Shown in pieces: positions 50,593 through 61,400 of a stretch of DNA of 64,000 nucleotides. This stretch comes from Strigamia acuminata (taxonomy: Eukaryota), in the NCBI GenBank assembly GCA_949358305.1, contig OX442314.1, positions 33,480,001 through 33,544,000 on the forward strand, given 5' to 3'. The translations under genes were made by a program, and so were the position numbers. The notes beneath the pieces are model-generated. The model had not been told where the DNA came from and ran no database searches. It was given only the letters and a program-made list of their open reading frames with translations. Positions within the stretch are counted from its first letter, which is position 1, and each line of letters begins with the position of its first letter.

Positions 50593-52464
50593 ATGGCTGC
50601 TGTTGGAACGTCGGAACAAACTGATCCAGAATCGCCTGAACCCGAAGATGCTTCGAACAAAAATAAGTTGAAGAATAGACCTACTGTTCAAAGCGTGCGA
50701 CAGATTGTGACAGAGTGAGTGAATTTGAAGTCTGCAAAGAAATGCTGACAGTAATTAATTTGTGTTTACGGAGAACAGTAAGAAGTCCATCGTTGCTATT
50801 GCAGGTATTGTCGGCATACTTTTGGTCGTTTCACTTGTTGCCGTGATTTCTGTGGTTACATTGACAAGTGAGTAGAGAAGACCGACGAAAGTATAGGAGA
50901 ATGTATGAGTTTTGAAATAGATGTGTAGAACGGAGGAGCCTGTCACACACAGGCTCCTCCGTTCCCCACATCCGAGATGTCCGATTGTTGTCAACACACT
51001 CTGGTGGCTGTCTTGGCCCAGATACAAACATATATATTAGTACATTTTCTTTTTACCCTAACCTAACCAAACCTAATCTTACCCAATGAGAGAGCGACAG
51101 GAATGATGTCTTTAGTCGCTTCTGCTGAGTGTAGTGGCGTAGGAGGTGGGGATGTGGATCTGTTTAAATAATTTTTTTGGAAGTTGTTCACATCTGCCCC
51201 AATGTTTGCCATTGTTAGGTCCACTCAACTCAACTCAACTCAACCTGACCTAACCCGACCTAACCAAACCTAACCTAACTTGACCTAACCTGACCTAACC
51301 TGACCTAACCTGACCTGACCTAATCTAACAATGGCAAACATTGGGGCAGAAGTGAACATCATCCATTTTTTTGTGAAATTTTGTGTTTTCCAAATAGGAA
51401 TGTTTTTTTTTTTTTTTTTTTTTTTAAATTGTTGGAATGGTTAAAATTTAGTAGAAAATTTTCAAATTTTTAAAATTCAGCAAAAAATGTGTCAATATTT
51501 AGCAAAATTTTATCAAAATTTTCAAAATGCACCAAATTTTTGTATAATTTTTTTAAATTATATAAGTGTTCGCAAATTTTCAAATTTTTTCAGTTTTCGC
51601 AAATTTTCTCCAATTTTTGTCAAATTTTTGTCAAATTTTTGTCAAATTTTTGTCAAATTTTTGTCAACTTTTTGTCAAATTTTTGTCAAATTTTTCTCAA
51701 ACTTTTCTCAAACTTTTCTCAAATTTTTCCTCAAATTTTTCCTCAAATTTTTCTCAAATTTTTCTCAAATTATCTCAAAGTTTTCGCAAACTTTCTAAAA
51801 CTCTCAAATTCTTTCACGGGGATCCATTTGTGCAAAGATCAGTCGATACGCCAGTGCACGAGATATTGTTCCGCATTTTTTCTTTCAAAGCTTAAATCCA
51901 TTAATGGCTCCACCACTCATTAGAATTGAATTTCTTGTTAAAGGTCTTAGCCGCTTATTCGGGACTGCAAAAAGAACTTGCTCCACAGATCCACCTACCT
52001 ACGAACTGCTACGCTCAAATTGGGACGGGCGTACACGTAGTCGTGGCACAGTGGTGCGCTATACGTGCAGTGATCAAAGAGACCAACCTGTTGCAACTGA
52101 AGTCAAATGTAAAGATAACGGACAGTGGACGGAACGATTTAGGAAGTTCGACGTCTGCGGACTTGACGAAAAAGGAAGACGAATAATTAAAGAAAAGCTT
52201 CCAGGTGAGTTTCCATTTAACCCTTCGGGGCAGTACGAATTTAATGTTAATCCATTTTTGACTGGTACAGAGCCGACGGGTTGTTTAGGGAGTGACCCAC
52301 CAGCCTCTGGAGCCTTACATCGGGACTGGAATGGCTTATCATGGGGAGTCGAAACGATTATTCATTATTATTGTGATACAAAAATGAAAGTGCTTGCTAA
52401 GGTCGTCGAATGTTCAAAGGATAAGAATTGGGTGACGAAGCAAGATCATTCTGGAAAGTGCAGT
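50593..52464 (+). CDS. Type II membrane protein with Sushi/CCP-like modules, multi-exon, possibly disrupted
   Basis: Exon 50593-50714; TM exon KKSIVAIAGIVGILLVVSLVAVISVVTLT; modules CSTDPP...WDG...GTVVRYTC...C...GQW...C and CLGSDPP...DWNG...HYYC...C...W...C. Confidence 0.7.
51185..51358. mobile_element. Foldback MITE with ~34-bp TIRs around (CCTAA/CCTGA)n pentamers
   Basis: tgttcacatctgccccaatgtttgccattgttag and its reverse complement, one mismatch. Confidence 0.85.
51590..51810. repeat. Degenerate 10-12 bp minisatellite (CAAATTTTTGT)
   Basis: Visible tandem units. Confidence 0.9.
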
Positions 52465-52539
52465 AAGTATTTTAGTGGAAAGTAGTAGATTTCTTATTGA
52501 AATTTTGACTTTAAAAAAGAATGACGAGGTCCATCACGA

Positions 52540-52867
52540 TGTGAGTGTTCGGACGGACGCCACGTGGTCAGGGGAGGGCCACGAGGCGCTGGACGCAACA
52601 CACACGATAAAACAACCCACGAAATACACGGAGACACAATATAGTTTTGGTTATTGGCTTTATTAGTTGTCTAGGGTTATTACGATGCAGTGCCCATAGT
52701 GTATTTCCCTACCGGAAGGGGCCCGATCCTGCTGACCAAAGGCCCGCAGCTCCACCTGGTTGCGGAGGACCGCAACAGGCTGCGCAAGAGACGAGAGGCG
52801 CTGGAGCTGCGCCAAGCGCATTGCTGTTGCAGTGCAGCGACCCTGGGCGCAGGGGCAGCTGGTCACA
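52540..52867 (-). mobile_element. Solo LTR, 328 bp
   Basis: TGTGA...TCACA; exact TSD ACGA; empty paralogous site at 49206-49209. Confidence 0.9.
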
Positions 52868-53311
52868 ACGACACAAGGAGAAAAACCATAATCGAGTGTT
52901 TTTGCAGCGCTAGTCAGAGCGGCTTTGAAATCGGAGCAAAAGTCGAAATAAATTACAAACTGTCGTGTTAGTGTTACAAATTTATGGTGGAAATAAAGAA
53001 AAATTATTATTGTTGTTATTATTACTCGTATATTATTAGACGTCTCCAGTGCAGCTTGTTTTTATTTTTATTTCACTACAGTAATGTTGAAGTATGACCA
53101 CTGACCAAAAGAGGTCCCTGAGCACAAACATTTGAAATTTTACTTTTTCCAGCAATTTAGGAAAATTTCACAAAATTTCTCATAAGGAAATTACTCTGGG
53201 CAAGTCTTCCTTACGTGACGTCGTTACGTTATCATAACGTAACCTGCTAACCACACAAAAAGTATGGTTAGCATGTTACGTTGTGATAACGTAACGACGT
53301 TACGTACGGAC

Positions 53312-56300
53312 TGCTGTGTTCGGACTTCACTGCATGTTTTGGTGTAGTGACGTTATCTTTGCCTCAGGCGCTGTACCCCCAGCGCCACCTTGTAGCTTGA
53401 CCCCGAATAAAGCACTTGTTAGTTCTTAGCCTAATATGACTGACCTTTCATTTCAACCATCCTCAACATAATTTGTTATTAGTAAGATATATACTAAATG
53501 GCGACGAGATAGGATCCGAAATCCACGTTCAACTAATGAATCCAGTAGCGACGCAAGTTTTTTCGTGTTTTTCGAACTTTTTGAGCGCTTTTTCGGCCCG
53601 TTGCTGACCACGCCGTCCCGACGTTAGGCCTACGTTCCATTGTCACGTTTTCCTCGCGTTTCCGTACTCAACGCCGACTTTTGCCATCAATATGTCAGCT
53701 CTAAAAGGGACACCGCGGGAATACGATCCAACAGAGGATTGGGGCCTGTATTGCAAGCGTATGACAAGTATTTTTGCTTGCAATAAGATCGTCGATGACC
53801 AGGAGAAGGTCCATACGCTCTTGGCGTACGTCGGCATGCCGACCTTCAAGCAGCTGGACACGCTCGCGGCGCCGAAGGAAGCTGCCGAATTGAAGTACGC
53901 GGACCTTGTGGCCTTGATGCAGAAAAATGCACGCGCGAAGCCGCTCGTGCTGGGAGAAATTCGCCGTTTTCACCGCCGTGATCGACTGCCGAATGAAACC
54001 GTGCTGGAGTATTCTCTCGCTCTTCAGGACCTGGCCCAAAACTGTGAGTTCACCGATAAAACCAACGAATTAAGAAATCGCTTTCTTTGTGGCCTCCAGA
54101 ATGAGCAAGTGCAACAGGCGCTCACGTTAAAAAAAGATTTGACGTTCGACGACGCGGTCGAGTTCGCTGCCGCTGCTGAAGTGTCGCAAAAGGAATTTTC
54201 GACGATCGCGACGCAGAATGCATCGGCGCTGCCGGTGCACAAACTCCACCACGACTCCAAACCACGTCACGATGCGTCAAGGGGTAGAAAACGCTCCTCG
54301 AGGGGCACTACCTCGTTTCAACCAGGCCGCCAACCATCCAACTCGAAAGGAAATGTGTCGGCGTGTTCTGCTTGCGGCAGTAAGTCGCACACGCGTGAAG
54401 CGTGCCGTTTTCGCGATGCCACGTGCCACGGATGCGGAAAAACTGGCCACATCAAACCAGTTTGCCGGTCGGTCTTGAAGTCACCAGCTCCAGTCCATGC
54501 AGTCGAGATGCCACAACAGCTCACGTACTACGCTGTCGAGCCGGATTTGACGACGACCGTCAACGCGATTGGCATTAAAGCCACACAACCAATTATTTTG
54601 GCCATTAAAATTGCTAATGTCAATCTCCTAATGGAAATGGACACGGGAGCAGGCGCTACATTTATAAATCTCGAAACTTATACTAAATATTTTTCAAATT
54701 TTCCATTGCAGCCCCTTCCGATCCAGATGAACACGTACGGCGGCACAACACTCCGAATGGAAGGGGTTTGCGAAGTTCCGGTTCGTCATCGTGATCGCGA
54801 TTTTCGTTTGCCGTTGTGTGTGGCGACTCACGGCCCCATTCCACTTCTTGGCCGCGACTGGCTCGAAGCATTTGGTTTGCTGTCGAAAACTGGCGAATTG
54901 GTGGGCGCGGAAGTATTTTCGTTGTCCACATCGACGCCATCGCCCGAGAAACTCGATGCTCCGTCGTCCAACAGATTGGACGAGATTTTGGCACGCCATG
55001 CCGACGTTTTCCGAGACGAAATAGGCTGTTATAATGTCCACAAGGTCCACATCGACATCGATCCGACTGTTCAGCCGATTTTCCTGAAAAATTATCCGGT
55101 TCCGCTCGCAATGAAGCCACGACTGGAGGAGGAGCTGCGCCGACTGCAATCCTTGGGTATCATTACACCTGTCGCCTCTTCCAAGTGGGCGACACCAATT
55201 ATGCATGTCCTAAAATCAGATGGCACACTTAAGATAGCGGGATGCTATAATAGGACCATAAATAAAGCGGTTCTCCCCAACTCTTATCCTTTGCCTCTCT
55301 TCGACGATGTCGCAGCAAAGTTGTCAGGCGGTGAGACATATTCCATTTTGGATATGAATTCCGCCTACAATCAGCTCGAATTAGATCAGGAGAGCAAAGA
55401 AGTGTGCACAATTAATACCCACTTGGGTCTATTTACAGTGAACCGGCTCTTCTATGGAATTTCCAGCGCGCCAGCCATTTTCCAACGCGAGATGGACAAA
55501 TTAACAGCCAAAGTCGAAAGTACACAGCCGTTCATTGATGACTCGGCCGTGACTGGTGCCACAAACGCAGCCCACTTATGCAACCTGGATCAACTATTGG
55601 GGCTGAACATTTCCAAGCAAGGAATCACGCCCATCGACTCAAAGCTGGCTCCACTTCGCAACGCCATGCAGCCCAACGATGTGTTATCATTGAAATCGTT
55701 TCTGGGGCTCATAAACTATTATGGCAGATTTATTAACAATTTATCTACATTATTAGAGCCGCTTTACCGCCTGACGCGCGACGACACTCCGTGGACTTGG
55801 GGACCTGAACAGCACAAGGCCTGGACCAAGGTGAAGGCTGCAGTGACTGTCGATTCGGCGTTGGCGCACTACGACGCGAAGAAGCAACTTTATTTGACCG
55901 TTGACGCCTCGCCCGTCGGTGTGGGCGCCTTTATTTCCCACGTAGAAAATGGAATCCATCGCCCAATTGCCTTTGCCAGTTCCCTCTTGTCCAGCGCGCA
56001 GAAAAATTATGCGCAAATCGACCGTGAAGGACTTGCGATCGTTTATGGCGTCCGCCGTTTCCACCACCACCTGTTTGGAAGAAAGTTTATTTTGCGAACT
56101 GACCATAAACCGCTCGTGGCAATTTTTGGAGAGAAGAAAGGATGCAATCAAATAGTCGCCGCTCGCCTGCACCGGTGGGCAATTTTCCTAAGCGCCTATG
56201 ATTATGCTATCGAGCATGTGCCTGCTGTCGACAACCAAATTGCAGACGGATTGTCGCGCAATCCTCAACCCGTAGTCGACGGTCGAGAAGACCTCGACAT

Positions 56301-57969
56301 GCATGTTAACGAAATTTTTTCCGTTTCTCTCTCACAGTTTCCGGTATCGCAGGCAGCTTTACGTGCAGCATACGACGCAGACGCCCAATTGCAAGCAGTT
56401 CTGCAGTGCATCCACGACGAATGGAAATCAAGGACACCTGACTTACTAAATTTTTATAAGCACAGGTCCGCCTTTTCCACACATGGACAATTCTTGTTCT
56501 TGTCGGAGCGTTTGGTCGTGCCGGAGCAGCTGCGTCGTGCAGTCCTGACGGAGTTGCACGCAGGACATTTTGGAATCGTGCGCACCAAGTCGCTCGCTCG
56601 TTCAACAGTTTGGTGGCCGTCAATCGACCGTGACATTGAGTCGATGGTGCGTTCGTGCGACGTGTGCCAGCGCGCACTCCCGGATCCGCCTAAGACGTCC
56701 GACTTGCGTTGGCCCATTCCCGACGAAATTTGGGGGCGAATCCACCTTGATTTCGCCGGGCCCTTCCATGGCAAAATGTTCCTGCTGGCTGTGGATGCGC
56801 GCACCAAGTGGTGCGAAGTTCGTATGATGACCGCCACTACCTCGAAAGCAACAATTGCGGTTTTAAAATGTTGGTTTAAACGTCACGGCTTGCCGATCCA
56901 CGTTCATTCCGACAATGGGCCGCAATTCACTTCAGCGGAATTTGTTGACTTCCTGTCACGGAACGGCATCCGACAAACTCGTTCACCGCCTTTCCACCCA
57001 GCTACCAATGGAGCAGTGGAAGGCTTCGTGAAGACATTTAAAAATCAAGTCGGAAAATTTCTAAATTTGAATTTGAACATTTCAGAAGCCGTTGACCAAT
57101 TTTTGATTGCCTATCGCTCGACGCCGCACGTTTCTACACGGACTACGCCGTCCGAGGCATTTCTACAACGAACTGTTCGAACTAGATTACATTTGTTGAA
57201 CCCCCGCTTAATGCCGGAGCCAACAACTGTGGAAACGCGCCGTTCCTTCGAGCCTGGGGAATTGGTGTTCGCGCGCGACTACTTGCACGCCGCGAGATGG
57301 GTTCCTGGAATAATATCGCAGAAGACATCGTCCACTACGTACGATGTGGCCGTCGGAAATGCCATAATTTGGAACCGACATGCGGACCAGCTCCGAAGAC
57401 GCCAGACTTTGCACGCCCAAACTCCGGAGGGGGGAGGGAATCGCGGACATTTTCCTTTGATAATTGACGACTCAAACCTCAGTAACACACTGCCAGTTGT
57501 ACAACCGCAAGTCCTAGTTGCTCCTCCCAATTCACCCAATTCACCCAATCTCCCAAACGTTCGTAATGCTTCTCCAGCTCCTACACCACCTCCTGTTCCC
57601 GTCAATACTCCTGTTGTGCCGTACCGCCATCCCCAGCGTATTCGCAACCCGACACAATTTTACGGATATAATAACAGTGATTAAGTGTATTTGTTTTTAT
57701 TAATCGAATTGGTACATTGTCTATCGTGAATGAATTCTATTATTGTATTTGTGATTTGATTAATGTGCCATTAATGGGGAATGATGCTGTGTTCGGACTT
57801 CACTGCATGTTTTGGTGTAGTGACGTTATCTTTGCCTCAGGCGCTGTACCCCCAGCGCCACCTTGTAGCTTGACCCCGAATAAAGCACTTGTTAGTTCTT
57901 AGCCTAATATGACTGACCTTTCATTTCAACCATCCTCAACATAATTTGTTATTAGTAAGATATATACTA
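53312..57969 (+). mobile_element. Full-length Mag-like Ty3/gypsy element; LTRs 53312-53496 and 57785-57969
   Basis: Two 185-bp LTRs identical by eye; 5-bp TSD CGGAC; PBS TGGCGACGAG (tRNA-Ser-like) at 53499; purine tract GGGGAATGA. Confidence 0.96.
53692..57684 (+). CDS. Single-ORF gag-pol, 1330 aa, with an internal RT deletion
   Basis: Two Cys/His knuckles; MEMDTGA; FIDD; VDAS; HAGHFG...CDVC; HLDFAGP; SDNGPQF. Confidence 0.93.
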   Translation: MSALKGTPREYDPTEDWGLYCKRMTSIFACNKIVDDQEKVHTLLAYVGMPTFKQLDTLAAPKEAAELKYADLVALMQKNARAKPLVLGEIRRFHRRDRLPNETVLEYSLALQDLAQNCEFTDKTNELRNRFLCGLQNEQVQQALTLKKDLTFDDAVEFAAAAEVSQKEFSTIATQNASALPVHKLHHDSKPRHDASRGRKRSSRGTTSFQPGRQPSNSKGNVSACSACGSKSHTREACRFRDATCHGCGKTGHIKPVCRSVLKSPAPVHAVEMPQQLTYYAVEPDLTTTVNAIGIKATQPIILAIKIANVNLLMEMDTGAGATFINLETYTKYFSNFPLQPLPIQMNTYGGTTLRMEGVCEVPVRHRDRDFRLPLCVATHGPIPLLGRDWLEAFGLLSKTGELVGAEVFSLSTSTPSPEKLDAPSSNRLDEILARHADVFRDEIGCYNVHKVHIDIDPTVQPIFLKNYPVPLAMKPRLEEELRRLQSLGIITPVASSKWATPIMHVLKSDGTLKIAGCYNRTINKAVLPNSYPLPLFDDVAAKLSGGETYSILDMNSAYNQLELDQESKEVCTINTHLGLFTVNRLFYGISSAPAIFQREMDKLTAKVESTQPFIDDSAVTGATNAAHLCNLDQLLGLNISKQGITPIDSKLAPLRNAMQPNDVLSLKSFLGLINYYGRFINNLSTLLEPLYRLTRDDTPWTWGPEQHKAWTKVKAAVTVDSALAHYDAKKQLYLTVDASPVGVGAFISHVENGIHRPIAFASSLLSSAQKNYAQIDREGLAIVYGVRRFHHHLFGRKFILRTDHKPLVAIFGEKKGCNQIVAARLHRWAIFLSAYDYAIEHVPAVDNQIADGLSRNPQPVVDGREDLDMHVNEIFSVSLSQFPVSQAALRAAYDADAQLQAVLQCIHDEWKSRTPDLLNFYKHRSAFSTHGQFLFLSERLVVPEQLRRAVLTELHAGHFGIVRTKSLARSTVWWPSIDRDIESMVRSCDVCQRALPDPPKTSDLRWPIPDEIWGRIHLDFAGPFHGKMFLLAVDARTKWCEVRMMTATTSKATIAVLKCWFKRHGLPIHVHSDNGPQFTSAEFVDFLSRNGIRQTRSPPFHPATNGAVEGFVKTFKNQVGKFLNLNLNISEAVDQFLIAYRSTPHVSTRTTPSEAFLQRTVRTRLHLLNPRLMPEPTTVETRRSFEPGELVFARDYLHAARWVPGIISQKTSSTTYDVAVGNAIIWNRHADQLRRRQTLHAQTPEGGGNRGHFPLIIDDSNLSNTLPVVQPQVLVAPPNSPNSPNLPNVRNASPAPTPPPVPVNTPVVPYRHPQRIRNPTQFYGYNNSD

Positions 57970-58098
57970 CGGACGACATGCCCAGATTAATTTCCGTATA
58001 AAGCCAGACTTTGTTGAACACGTAATCACAAACCCTAGCGAACATCGCACATCTCATCAGTCAACTTCGTTGCCAAACAAACTGACAGAAACTTAAAA

Positions 58099-58466
58099 AT
58101 GGCAAACTTTGACGAAAACGCTTTGGAAGTTCTCCTCAATCGTCTCAATCTCGGAATTGAGAACGAAGACAAGCTTGATCAAGACGACAAAGTTGTTGCA
58201 ACGACGATTGAAGAATTAAAAGCAGAAATTGCTAGACTGAAGCAAAAGCAAGTGGATGTGAGGCTCGAGGCAGAATCGGATTCACGGTCAATCTACGTCG
58301 GGAATGTACATTATTTCGCGACGACCGAGGAGTTGAAACGACATTTTGTCGGGTGCGGGGCAATTTCCAGAGTGACCATTTTGAACGACAAATTTAGTGG
58401 CCGCTCCAAGGGATTTGCGTATATCGAGTTTGTGGATTCAGATTCGGTGGCGGTTGCCACGGCTTT
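58099..58466 (+). pseudogene. PABPN1: Intronless PABPN1/PABP2-like gene interrupted within the RRM by a BEL element
   Basis: Coiled coil then [10 protein letters not shown]...EEL..HF.GCG...[18 protein letters not shown]; homology ends exactly at the LTR. Confidence 0.88.
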
Positions 58467-61400
58467 TGTGAAAATCGGATGATTTTACGCGTGAATTATT
58501 ATTTGAGTTTCATTTATATTGTTTAAATTAGTATTGTTGATTTATATTTCTATTTTTTACTTGTGATTTTTTAATATTGAATTTATGATTTTATTTGATT
58601 TGTGCATTTGATTTCGATGTTACATTTTTATATTATAACGTATTTTGTATTTCCATTGAGATGTGTTGACCTGTTCTTTTATTGGAATCTTAACTTGTTA
58701 ATCCCTTTTAATCCCTTTGCATTCCTCTGCTCGAACACGTCATTCCCCTATCTTACGGATGCTTGTGATTGGTTCTGTGAACCGTGTCATTTGCATTTCC
58801 TTTTCCTTTTATGAATAGAATAAACTCAGTGTACTTTTTCAACTAAAACTGTGTGGTTGTGCTCCTTTATACTCCAACGCCATCTTGGACTTCAACGCGA
58901 TTTTCAACTATTACATCCACTTGTAGTCAAGGACTTTAGAAATTGATTGGTAAACTTTGAATATCTTTTTATTTACTTCAAGTTTAACATTGGTGCCGAA
59001 ACCCGGGAACATTTTGAATTCCGAATTCATCTAAAAATCTACTAAAATGGTGAGAAATTTCGAGTTAAAGAACAAAGCATTCCGAGCGGCCATGATGGTC
59101 ACGGAAACACTCCTGACCACGATAACCACTGCGCTGAATGGGCGAGCTGCAATTCCGCAAGCCACAATCGAATTATGGCTGCAACAGCTCGAACAAAAAC
59201 AGAAGCGAGTGCAACAAACGTTCGACGCCACACTGGATCAAGCAAAAAACGACCAGGAGATTAACGAGACCGTAATAGCACTCGACGCATTGGAGGACCG
59301 CTTGGCCGCATCAAGAGCCGATCTAAACAGGTACACTCAAATGAATTACCCGCCTAATTTACCCCAGAATCCACGACCGAACGCGGACGCGCAACCGGCG
59401 GACATCGACGCACTAGCGGCGGCTATTACCGCAGCAGTGACGGCGGCAACACCACGCACGACCCCGACGAACGGCCAGCCATTCATCAAACGTAAGCCGC
59501 TAGAAATACCTAAGTTTGACGGGCGTGAGCCAGAGGAATGGGGAGGGTTTTGGAAGACATTTTCTATCCAAGTCGGAGACGATGAACAATTGGATGGAAC
59601 AAATAAACTTTTATATTTGAGAAATTACCTGGTTGGAGAGGCGCTCGACGATATAAAAGCACTCGAAATCACCGCAGGAAATTACACCGTCGCAATCGCA
59701 CGTCTGCAGAAGAAATACGGCGATAAAATCGTACTCGAAAATAAATACCTGTCTAATCTCATAAATTTGCCATCTGTTAGCAGCGAGCGAGATCGAATGG
59801 GTTTACAAAAACTCCACAGACACGTGGAAGTTAACATAGAAAATTTAGCCAACATTGACGTGCCTTTGGCAGAAATACAGCGGACCATTTTCCCCGTGCT
59901 GTCGTCGGCTGTTCCGCGCAGTATAATCATGGAATATGACAAAGACTGCGACGGAGAAAGGTCGATAGCAAGGTTGATGGACTGGTTGAGTGATCACATA
60001 GCTAAACACGCCAAGTACGACATGCTAAAAACCCAATCGAAGCCAGAAACGTCTCACAACAAAACGTCGGACAACAATCTCCCCAACAAAGGACAATTTA
60101 GTCGAAAAGAAAAGGAACCTCGATCGGGATCGGCGTCGCAACTGTCAGTATTAATAATGAAATGTCAATTTTGCGATTCCACAGAACACAATCGGAAAAG
60201 ATGCCCGCTCACGATGGAGGAGAGACGTAAAAGACTGCAGAAAAAAGGGATTTGCATGAGATGCTTGGGGAAAGTGCCCCACAAGACGGAAGAATGTAGG
60301 ACTCGCATGAAATGTTACAGCTGCGAGGGAGCGCATCACACCCACGTGTGCGACACACCAAAAGCTACAGAAGCCGGCGAGGGAATCACCCACACCAACG
60401 CAGTCGTTACCACCTGTCCACCCAAGTCCGAATTTTTGATGGTGCAGATGGTGAAGATGACCGGACCAACGCACTCAGCTTTGGGAGTGTGCTATATCGA
60501 TGGGGGAGCCCAACGTACCTTCATACGCTCTGAGTTGACTAAAAAACTGAATTTGAGAATTTTAGGCACTGAAACGATAAATTTGGCCGTGTTTGGGCAA
60601 GAGCCCAGATCAGAAGTTCGCAACAGAGTCGAGTTAGTCCTCAGCCCCGCCAACTCGAAGTCGCCAGCAGTCACAATTGAAGCCATCGAAGCTGACCACG
60701 TCACGTCCACTCCTGGAGAACAACCGAACAAACAACTCAAAGCGGAACTACAACGAAGAAAAATCGAAGTGGCCTGCAAGCAAGTTGCGTTGCATTCGAA
60801 GGAAGTGGACCTACTAATTGGAGTGGACCATTACTGGCGAGTGATGACTGGACAAACAGAATTTTTGGAAGAAAACTTGATTGCAGTAAAAACGAAATTT
60901 GGTTGGACATTACACGGACAGACTACAAACGGAACGAGAGTCATTGCTGCACCGGTGAGAATTAACAAAATAACACTTACCCCATCAACAGATGATCTTT
61001 TGCGCCGGATGTGGGAGCTGGAACCGATCGGAGTCCGCCACGAGTCGGTCGAAACGAACGACGACGCTGAGACGTTGGAAAAGTTCGAAAAGGCAATCAA
61101 GTGGACGGGATCGAATTATTCAGTGGAGCTGCCGTGGATTGTGAATAGCAACGAGCTGGACGACAACTATCGAGGCGCCGAGCAACGTATCATGTCACTA
61201 ATCCGTCGTTTCAGAAAACAACCCAACCTGTATTTGGAATACAAGAAAGTCATCGACGAACAACTGAAAACAGGCATTGTCGAAGAAATTCCGAATCAAA
61301 CGGCAACAGGACCCATTTACTACATGCCACACAGCCCAGTCATCAAGGAAGAACGCGTAACCACGAAATTGAGAGTGGTATTTGATGCATCTTCACATCG

